The translations under genes and the position numbers were made by a program. 27,896 nucleotides of DNA from a virus. Its lineage: Duplodnaviria; Caudoviricetes. Positions 1-8,300 of the stretch are shown one piece after another (the stretch's first letter is position 1; every line of letters starts with the position of its first letter). The DNA lies in the IMG/VR virus record IMGVR_UViG_3300032081_000130, positions 1-27,896 of that record; one strand, given 5' to 3'. The notes under the pieces were generated by a model, which did no database searches, was not told the origin of the DNA, and saw only the letters and a program-made list of their open reading frames with translations.

Positions 1-2
1 GT

Positions 3-2021
3 TTATTAGACCGCATTGAGTTTATTAACGAAGATTCCACTGCCCGTACAGATGCTGGCGTTGACGATGATGGTAATAGACCACAACCAGAGCCAGAACC
101 TGAGCCTGAGCCAGAGCCTGAACCACCGTCAGATGATACTGTTGACGACACCACCGACGATACTGCTGACGATACTGTTGACGATACTGTTGACGATACT
201 GTTGACGATACTGTTGACGATACTGTTGACGATACTGTTGACGACACCACCGACGATACTGTTGACGACACCACCGACGATACTGTTGACGATACTGTTG
301 ACGATACTGTTGACGATACTGTTGACGATACTGTTGACGATACTGTTGACGATACTGTTGACGACACCACCGACGATACTGTTGACGATACTGTTGACGA
401 TACTGTTGACGATACTGTTGACGACACCACCGACGATACCACCGACGATACCACCGACGATACCACCGACGACACTACTGACGACACTACTGACGACACT
501 ACTGACGATGATACCGAGTCTGAACTCCCCGTCGATACTGACAATGACGGCGTACCTGACGATTCTGACGCTTTCCCTGATGACCCAGATGAGACTACTG
601 ACACAGATGATGACGGTGTAGGTGACAACACAGATGCGTTCCCCGATGACCCAGACGAATCGGCGGACACGGATGGTGACGGTGTAGGTGACAATACGGA
701 TGCGTTTCCTGATAACCCAGATGAAACTACTGACACCGATGGCGACGGTATAGGCGATAACGAGTCAGGCGTACTGCTAGATCAAATAGCAGGTTCTGAA
801 CAACGTCTTACTGACCGTATAGACCAGCTACAAAGAGAAGGTAAGACTCGTGATGAGGCGTTAGCGCAAGCGATAGAAGAGCTTGCTGGTGATTTAGGTA
901 CAACAAAAGAAGACTTATTAGATGCTATAGCGGACTCTGAGCTTTCTATACGAGAAGATTTTGCTAATGAGCTAGACAATTTAAAAGAAGAATTAACAGA
1001 TGAAATAGCTAGTTCAGAAGATCGTATCTTAGAGAAAATGGCCGAGTACGAGGAGGCAGGGCTTTCTCGTGATGAAGCATTAGCTAAAGCCATAGAAGAT
1101 GTAGCTGAAGATTTAAACCTTAGTGTAGAAGAGTTAAGTGATCTAGTAACTGAGGTAGCTGAAGATTTATCTGGCGATATTGATACCGCCAAACGTGACC
1201 TTTTAAACAAGATTGACGAAGCAGAGCAAGCGGGTGCCGACAGAGATGCTGCACTAGGCGATGCAATTTCTGACCTTGCTGAAGAGCTTGGCATCACAGA
1301 AGAAGCCTTGCTTGAGCGTATTGGTGAGTCTGAAGAGTCTTTACGCACAGCAATCGGTGAAACAGAAGCCGACCTTCTACGTGCCATTAGTGACACCGAA
1401 GGTGCGTTGACTGAAGAAATACAAGCCGTCGCTGATCTTGTAGGTAAGCCTGCTTCAGAGGTAACTGACACTGACATAGATTTTGTTGCAGATCTTATAG
1501 CGCAACAAGAAACCTTAGAAGAAGGGGCTGCGTTTGACTTCACACAAGAACAACTACTGTATGACGTAACAGGCGATCAGGTAGTTGACCAAGCTGACTT
1601 GGATCTTTTGCAACAAGCGCAACAAGACCCTAATGTACTGTTTGACTTAGAAAGTAAGTTTGCCCCTACTGGTATATACGCTACACAACAAGAGCTAGCA
1701 CAACAGCAAGCGTTAGACACCCAAAGACAGTTAGAATTGCAGCAACAGACGCAGCAACAGATTAAGACAGAAGCCACAAAAGATGCAGCTAGGGACTTTT
1801 TTGGAGAGCTACTAGGCGCTGCCGATTTAACAGGGCAAAAGGTAGATGTAGGCGAATCGCCGCTTGCTAAGATAGATTATCTGTATGATTTTGGTAGTAT
1901 TTTTGGAACACCTCAACAAAGTGCGCTATTTCCAACCCCCTATGGCAATATAGGTGGGCGCAAACAAGGCGGTCTAATAGAACGTAATAAAGAATTACTG
2001 CGTGTTATCGGAGAAGACTAA
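3..2021 (+). CDS. Large acidic repeat-containing putative virion protein (5' end outside window)
   Basis: Frame 3 is open from base 3 (LLDRIEFINEDS...) without a stop and runs into the listed 1038..2021 ORF. It contains (PE)6, 31 DDT[V/T/A] units, TSP3-like repeats DTDxDGVGDNxDAFPDDP, three helical RDxALxxAIxxLAxxL repeats and a Q-rich tail. The stop overlaps the next ATG (TAATG). Confidence 0.85.
   Translation, partial: LLDRIEFINEDSTARTDAGVDDDGNRPQPEPEPEPEPEPEPPSDDTVDDTTDDTADDTVDDTVDDTVDDTVDDTVDDTVDDTTDDTVDDTTDDTVDDTVDDTVDDTVDDTVDDTVDDTVDDTTDDTVDDTVDDTVDDTVDDTTDDTTDDTTDDTTDDTTDDTTDDTTDDDTESELPVDTDNDGVPDDSDAFPDDPDETTDTDDDGVGDNTDAFPDDPDESADTDGDGVGDNTDAFPDNPDETTDTDGDGIGDNESGVLLDQIAGSEQRLTDRIDQLQREGKTRDEALAQAIEELAGDLGTTKEDLLDAIADSELSIREDFANELDNLKEELTDEIASSEDRILEKMAEYEEAGLSRDEALAKAIEDVAEDLNLSVEELSDLVTEVAEDLSGDIDTAKRDLLNKIDEAEQAGADRDAALGDAISDLAEELGITEEALLERIGESEESLRTAIGETEADLLRAISDTEGALTEEIQAVADLVGKPASEVTDTDIDFVADLIAQQETLEEGAAFDFTQEQLLYDVTGDQVVDQADLDLLQQAQQDPNVLFDLESKFAPTGIYATQQELAQQQALDTQRQLELQQQTQQQIKTEATKDAARDFFGELLGAADLTGQKVDVGESPLAKIDYLYDFGSIFGTPQQSALFPTPYGNIGGRKQGGLIERNKELLRVIGED
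81..128 (+). repeat. Pro-Glu dipeptide repeat, PQ(PE)6PP linker
   Basis: CC[AT]GA[AG] hexamers in frame 3. Confidence 0.9.
132..503 (+). repeat. 12-bp coding tandem repeat, 31 units (GACGATACTGTT and variants) encoding DDTV/DDTT
   Basis: Directly visible: 372 nt = 31 x 12. Variants include GACGACACCACC, GACGATACCACC and GACGACACTACT. No spacers. Confidence 0.95.
534..761 (+). repeat. Thrombospondin type-3-like Ca2+-binding repeats (three full 22-aa units plus one partial)
   Basis: DTDNDGVPDDSDAFPDDPDETT / DTDDDGVGDNTDAFPDDPDESA / DTDGDGVGDNTDAFPDNPDETT / DTDGDGIGDN; 66-nt period. Confidence 0.85.
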
Positions 2022-2638
2022 TGAGTAGTTGGTGGACTAATCTTACAGACACTATAGGAAAAGCGTTAGAAAATCCTGCAACAATGGGGCTAGCAAGTCT
2101 AGGAACTTCGGCACTAGCAAAAGAATTTGGTTTTTCGGATCCAGACGTACCTGTAGTAGGCTATCAAGGCAGTATACCAAAGTACGAAGCTGTACGAGAG
2201 CGCGTGCCCATGCCAGCAGACCCTAATCGTAGGCCCGGATCGGGCGGTAGACGGTATTTTAGTGACGTTATTTACGCAGATCGACCAGAGCGTCAACCTA
2301 TGTCTGTAGCACAGGCAAGAGAGCAGGCGGGGCAGCAAGCACAAGGGTTAGCTGCGCTCAATCAACCACCTAAAATGGCTGGTGGTGGGCGGTATCTTGA
2401 TGGCGCAACTGATGGTATGGCTGACGTTGTACCTGCTAGAATATCAGGCGGGCAAGAAGCAAGACTGAGTGATGGCGAGTTTGTTGTACCTGCTGACGTA
2501 GTAAGTCATCTTGGTAATGGTAACTCTGACGCTGGTGCAAAACAGTTACACGCAATGATGACTAGAATACGCAAAGAACGCACAGGCAACCCAAAACAGG
2601 GTAAACAAATAAAACCGCAAACAATGCTACCAGCATAG
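2021..2638 (+). CDS. Putative virion protein with AxGG...D.VPA.LSDGEFVVPA motif
   Basis: 205-aa ORF. The C-terminal half MAGGG...DGMADVVPARI...RLSDGEFVVPADVV resembles the FAxGG..SDSIPAxLSxGEFV motif seen in phage tape-measure/internal proteins. Translationally coupled to the upstream gene. Confidence 0.7.
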   Translation: MSSWWTNLTDTIGKALENPATMGLASLGTSALAKEFGFSDPDVPVVGYQGSIPKYEAVRERVPMPADPNRRPGSGGRRYFSDVIYADRPERQPMSVAQAREQAGQQAQGLAALNQPPKMAGGGRYLDGATDGMADVVPARISGGQEARLSDGEFVVPADVVSHLGNGNSDAGAKQLHAMMTRIRKERTGNPKQGKQIKPQTMLPA

Positions 2639-2648
2639 GACTGTAAAT

Positions 2649-3506
2649 ATGTATTACTTTGAAGAGGGCGGCGATGTAACTGTACCTAAAGACCCTGATG
2701 TAGGTGAAGTTGCAGGAGTGTCTGGTGCGTTAGCTGAGTTTGCTGGCGATTATGTTACCGACATGCTTGGTAGAGGCGAGGCTCTTTCGCAACAACCTTA
2801 TCAAGCCTATACAGGGCCACTCACTGCCGGTACTTCAGGGTTACAAGATACAGCGTTTACAGGTCTAGCTAATCTAGCACTTCCTACTACTGCCGCTAAT
2901 TTTGATGCTACTACCGCTCAAAATTTAATGAACCCGTTCATACAGTCCGCACTAAACCCACAGCTTCAGGCTGCAAGAGATGAAGCAGAACGACAAAGAC
3001 TTGCTAATGCAGCTAGGTTACAGCAGGCGGGTGCGTTTGGTGGTAGTCGCCAAGCAATCATGGAGTCAGAGGGACAACGCAATTTAAATCAAAACCTTGC
3101 AGATATACGCGCTAAAGGCTACGCACAAGCCTACGATCAAGCTATGAATCAATTTGGCAGGGACAGAGCGTATGGGCTAGATGCGTTAACAGCGCAACGT
3201 GCAGGTGGCGCAGAACAACGAGCCATAGAAGGTGAAGGCGTAGCTGCTGATTTTGCACAGTTCCGCGAAGAACGAGATTTCCCATACAAACAAGTACAGT
3301 ACGCACAGTCTTTACTACAGGGACTGCCAATAGCAGCTAGAGCGTATTCGTACAACCAACCAAGCACACTTTCTACCGTATTAGGTAGTGCAGGCGGTAT
3401 ATCTAGCCTTCTTGAGGGTTTGTTTGGTATTGGTGGTGGTGAAGATAAATCTTATGTAGATGATATGATAAATGACGCTATAGCAGCGGGTGGAGGTGGC
3501 ACCTAA
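2649..3506 (+). CDS. Putative DNA ejection/pilot-like internal virion protein
   Basis: 285 aa, A/Q/G-rich, with motifs YQAYTG, MNPF and AGAFGGSRQA and a Gly-rich hydrophobic C-terminus. TAGGA lies upstream. It sits ahead of a giant internal protein, as in podovirus ejection clusters. Confidence 0.6.
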   Translation: MYYFEEGGDVTVPKDPDVGEVAGVSGALAEFAGDYVTDMLGRGEALSQQPYQAYTGPLTAGTSGLQDTAFTGLANLALPTTAANFDATTAQNLMNPFIQSALNPQLQAARDEAERQRLANAARLQQAGAFGGSRQAIMESEGQRNLNQNLADIRAKGYAQAYDQAMNQFGRDRAYGLDALTAQRAGGAEQRAIEGEGVAADFAQFREERDFPYKQVQYAQSLLQGLPIAARAYSYNQPSTLSTVLGSAGGISSLLEGLFGIGGGEDKSYVDDMINDAIAAGGGGT

Positions 3507-5302
3507 TGTTATCAGGAGTCGGCATAGGCCAAGAGATAGAGCGTAAAAAAGAGGCTTATAGAGGCAATCCTCAAGCCCTGCAAAAACGCTATCAGCAAAA
3601 CAAACAGTTAGTGGATCTTCTTGCACTGCAACAACTCAAGAGCGAGAAAGAAACCGCTGTTCGTAACATGCAAGCCCAGATGCAACAAAATCCTGCGACG
3701 ATTGCACAGCAGCGTGAGCAAGAACTTCTTGCCATGATTAAGCAGGAGCAAGGCCAGAAGCTGGGTGACGTTGCAAAACGCACTGCCGGTACACTCGGTC
3801 AAATTAACAAACGCGCTCAACAAAACATGCAACGCACTGCCAAGCGTGGCCTACCTTCTATGGGTGGCCTACAAGGTATGCGTGGCCCTCAACGCAGAAT
3901 GGCAGAGGGCGGTATTATTGGGTTTCAAGAAGGTAGTGTTGTTGCCGATGTTGAAATTGACGAATTCTTAACTCGGTTTAATTTACCAAATAGCCCTAGA
4001 AATAGAGAACTAGCTAATAGAGAGATTATTGAGCTTAGAGCAAAAGAAGCCAAATCCGCTGCTAGAACACGAGCGTTAGCGGGTAAAGCGCCTGGAGCCG
4101 CATCACGTCGGGCACAACGTCAATTTGCAAAGGAATATGACCCCGCTATTAGTGCTGATGAAGGTGCATTCAAATTCACCCCAGAACAATCAGCAATGTT
4201 TGATGACATAATGAGACCCGGTTCTGATAGGCCACAAGAAGGTTTGCCCGCTGTAACTACAGAAATTAAAGATGGCGAAAATGTAAAAAACACGGGATTA
4301 GACGGTCTATTTGAGAATCTTAAATCTCCTACAGTGGTGCAACCAGAGTTTGGCACGGAACGACAAGAAGCTGTTCAAAGTATTATAGAAAAATCTGGTG
4401 TTGGTAATGTAGAAGCAAGAAGAAGAGAAAGAGAAGCCGCCGAAAAACGCAGCCGAGGTATATTAGAAGAAGCCGCTGGAATTAGAAGAAGTGACGATGG
4501 AGACCTTATATTTGATCCAAAACAAGATCAATTAGATAGACTTACAGCACTCCAACGTCAACAATCAGACCCTAACAAGTTACGTAGACAACGACTTACA
4601 GCGGGTCTTCTAGGTGCTGCTGGGCGTGGTAGCACAGCGTTGGCTGGTCTTGGCGCAGGAATGTTTAATGAACGAGTAAGACAAGAAGCGAAAGCTGAAA
4701 AAGACCTCGCAGCTCAATTTGGTATTGAAAACGAAAGAACAAAATTAAACTTTGATATTGCCAACGCCACAATAACATCTGGGCAAGATGCTGTTAACGT
4801 GTTGTCTAAAGACCAACAGGCAAAACTAGCTGCACTTTCTTCGGCTGCGGGCAAAGACGCAGATGCTGCTATTGCACTAGCTAATCAAGCATTTCAAGCA
4901 GACTTACAAGGCGTTAAAACCAAAGTCGAACTAATGAAACAAAGCTTGGAGGATGCTCGCGCAAGAGCAGAACAAGCAGCCGATAAAGAATTGGCTTACG
5001 CCGAATTAACAAAAGAATTTTTACTACGACAAGATGAGATTAGAAAAATAATTGCAGATGCTATTATTGATCGTGCGCCTTTAGGCAGTTTACAAGATGC
5101 AGAGTCGGCAACTAACTATTTAAATGATAGTAATTTAATAGACGTTATGCTCACACAAATTCTTGAAAATGGAGATCTTAATAATTTTCAAACTGAAATT
5201 ATGAAAAAGGCCGGTGGAGGCGCTAATCCACCAAATCCTCAACGCAATACACTTAATGTAGAAAGTCCAGAACTTTTAAACGCTATAGAAAGACTTGAGT
5301 AG
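3506..5302 (+). CDS. Putative internal virion (ejection) protein, helical/coiled-coil
   Basis: 598 aa with a Q-rich N-terminus, MAEGG motif and Gly/Ala hydrophobic stretch LTAGLLGAAGRGSTALAGLGAG. TAATG overlap with the previous gene. Confidence 0.6.
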   Translation: MLSGVGIGQEIERKKEAYRGNPQALQKRYQQNKQLVDLLALQQLKSEKETAVRNMQAQMQQNPATIAQQREQELLAMIKQEQGQKLGDVAKRTAGTLGQINKRAQQNMQRTAKRGLPSMGGLQGMRGPQRRMAEGGIIGFQEGSVVADVEIDEFLTRFNLPNSPRNRELANREIIELRAKEAKSAARTRALAGKAPGAASRRAQRQFAKEYDPAISADEGAFKFTPEQSAMFDDIMRPGSDRPQEGLPAVTTEIKDGENVKNTGLDGLFENLKSPTVVQPEFGTERQEAVQSIIEKSGVGNVEARRREREAAEKRSRGILEEAAGIRRSDDGDLIFDPKQDQLDRLTALQRQQSDPNKLRRQRLTAGLLGAAGRGSTALAGLGAGMFNERVRQEAKAEKDLAAQFGIENERTKLNFDIANATITSGQDAVNVLSKDQQAKLAALSSAAGKDADAAIALANQAFQADLQGVKTKVELMKQSLEDARARAEQAADKELAYAELTKEFLLRQDEIRKIIADAIIDRAPLGSLQDAESATNYLNDSNLIDVMLTQILENGDLNNFQTEIMKKAGGGANPPNPQRNTLNVESPELLNAIERLE

Positions 5303-5308
5303 CGTTAC

Positions 5309-8300
5309 ATGGTAGCTGTGGCTAAGGAAAGAATCCGGCGGGCTTATTTTAATGCTATAGCGGCTGGAGAGACTGATGTTGCAGAAAAATTAGGTGATCT
5401 GCTAACTGGTCGAGGAGATATTCGCGCCCAACTCCCCGCTGCCACCCCCAGAGAAACCGGCATATTTGAGGACATTACCTCTGGATTCGGTGCAGGTGTT
5501 GTTGGTGTGGGTGAGATGGCTGCGCTTGGCCTTGCTGCCCCACTGGAAGAAGAAAGCGAACTTGCTGCAAGAAAAAAGATACAGTCTATTGCTGAGTCTT
5601 TTCGTCCTGAAGGCGGCGATCCTGAATCACCTACATATAAAGTAGCTTCCGGTATTGGCTCTATAGTCGGACTTGCGGGTATACCTATTGCTGCTGGAAT
5701 AGCCGGTGCCCCCGGTGCGGCTGCTTTAGGTATTGGTGCGTTAGCCGCCGGTGCTGCGGGCGCTGGAGAAGCAAGTGAACGTGCTCGTGCTGCGGATGCA
5801 ACAGAAGAAGAACGTGGGTCTGCAACTTTTCGCGGTTTAGGTATCGGGCTATTAGATATTATACCCGTCGCAAAAGTAGTTAAATTTGCCGATCTGCCTA
5901 CTCTTAACAGACTTATCGACAAGATACCTCCCGAAAAAGTCGAGACTATAGGTGAGCGCATCTACAGCGCAGGTGTGACAGGTGGACTTGAGGGTGCACA
6001 AGAAGCTGCGTCTAACATACTGCAAAATCTTAACGAACAAGAATATAACGCTGCCGCAGAAACATTTGGAGGCACGGCAGAAGAAGCCGCAGTTGGTGGT
6101 GCCGCAGGTGCCATACTCCAAGGGTTTGTTGATCTTTTTGCTCCACGAAAAGCTGGTAAGACTATTGGCGATGTTGCGGTAGAAAGAGAGTCGCTAGGCG
6201 AAATAGATTTAGAAGCAGAAGAAGTAGCACAAGAAGCGGCCCGTGAACGGGCGGGAGAAAGACAGGCTGACATGTTTGCCCTTGAAAAAGAGCAAGCAGA
6301 ACGACGTTTGGGGCCAGCTATGCGCCCCGAATCCGAAGCTGCACTACAAGCTGAGAGAGACAGGCTGTTCTCCGAAGAAACGCCAACCGAAGCCTCCGTC
6401 GCACAGCGTGACATCATAGATGAACTAGAAACGGTTGAAATTGAAGCCGCTATAGATGCAGAAGAAACCGCAGATATTGAAGCCTTAGTTGCGGCTGACA
6501 CTGATGCTGCGGATAAAGCTAAAACAGAGCAAGAGAGAATACGTACCGCATCTGAAAGAGAAGCACTCACAGGTGAATTGGATACTGCACAAGCTAAAAA
6601 GTCTGAACAGCGGCGTCGTGACATCTTATTAGACGTAATAGAAAACCAACCCACGCGGCAGTACAACACGTTGCGAAAAAGGTTTTCTCGTGCGCTAACG
6701 GCAGCGGGTATAACAAACACGCAACCAACAGAATCTGAATCCGCCACCATAGGACGAGCTATAGATGTTGCTCGTGCAGAACAAGATCCGCTTCCTGCCG
6801 CGTCTGATGTTTCAGAAATGGAAGCACAAATACCCGAAAAACGCACAGCTACTGAAACTCGCAAAATTGATCCAACAGGAGTACCTAGTGAGCAACGTCG
6901 TATACCCGATAGAGTTTTGGCACCGCGAAAAACAGGAGCTGTCGCAGAGCGAGATAGAGCAGGCGATGAAGCTGGTGTGTCAAGCGTGGATTCAGTGGGA
7001 GAGCGTGAAGATACCGGCGAGGTTGTTGCACTTGACGGACGAGCAGTGGGAGATGCTGGAAGAGACGCTGATGCAGTTGATGTTGGAAAAGGAAAACAGC
7101 GTGGTGCACTAGCTCGTAAGGTCAAAGCTAAGGTAGGTCGTAAACGTACAAAAGTTAGTATGTCTAAAATTGACCCTACCACGGGCGATGCAGAGGTTGT
7201 GTTCCCTGATGGCAGCGTGGAACGTGTTAGAAGAGAAGTATCTGTAGATCCCGACACTGGGAAAAAAGAGTTTAGCTTCATATCGCTTGATCGCCCTGAT
7301 CCCGACTTCCCTGCCGATGTAGGAGCACCGCTGATATTAGGTTCTACCAAAGAAACGGCTATTAGGAGACTAACAAAGGTTCGTGAAGCTCCACCTGTAA
7401 AACCTGTAAGAAGGATTACACCAGAAGAATTAGCAGAAAGACGTGTGGCTGAACGTGAGGCTAGTGAAATTGGAAAGATACGCACCGCTCAAAGAAATGT
7501 AAAAAGAAAAAGACAAGTTGCCAAAGGCGAAAAGGCTAGAGCAGAGCAGCGAGAACGCATAAAAACAGCCGACCCTAGGAAAATTAGGGCTGCACAACGT
7601 GAGGTTGCTGATAGGCTAGAAGAAATAGCTAAATCAAAAGAAGCAAGACGAGCAAGGAAGGAAGATGATGGGGTGCTTTACGCCCCTACACGTACGGAAA
7701 TCGAATTAGATTCGCCTATGCCGGAACAGGTGCAGAAAGCGCTACGTAATAATGAGTTACGACGTGCGTTATTAGGGTTAGCAGAATCTTCAAACAATAA
7801 GTTTATTAAGCGTGCAGCTAGAAAACTTGCCGACTATACAGGCGACACGCGAGTGCAGGTTGTACCACAAACAAGATTAGGTATGCGTGACGGTGTAAAT
7901 GTCGATGGTGTATTTGTTACTAAAGATAATACGATACTTCTTAGTGAAGATTACCAAGACACTTATATGTTCTTGCACGAGATGACACATGCCGCCACCA
8001 TTAACACATTACAAAATGGTGCACATCCAACGACCAAACGGTTGAGGAAACTATACGAAGATACAAAAGACTCTTTATCTTCTTACTACGGCTCTGAAAA
8101 CCTTGCCGAATTTGTAGCGGAGGCATTTTCTAATCCCAGATTCCAACACGAGTTAGGGCGTATAAATCCCGAAGGTAAAGAACTTAGCGCATGGCAGCGA
8201 TTCCTTAAAACGATTATGGACTTTATTGGGCTTGGCGGACTTGGCCCCAAGACAGCGCAGCGCGAAGCGGATCGTATGGTACAAGAGATATTGGCCCCTG

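Noticed and set aside
132-503. Possible CRISPR array
   Set aside because: Contiguous 12-bp units with no unique spacers; in-frame coding repeat
16-621. Listed 201-aa ORF with (TILL)n hydrophobic repeats
   Set aside because: Frame shadow of the stop-free 12-bp repeat. Frame 3 is longer, gives recognisable TSP3-like motifs and joins the downstream ORF.
782-7485. Long antisense ORFs (782..1543, 5344..5961, 5962..7485)
   Set aside because: Ser/Ala-rich mirror translations of + strand genes with biased codons; no motifs recognised
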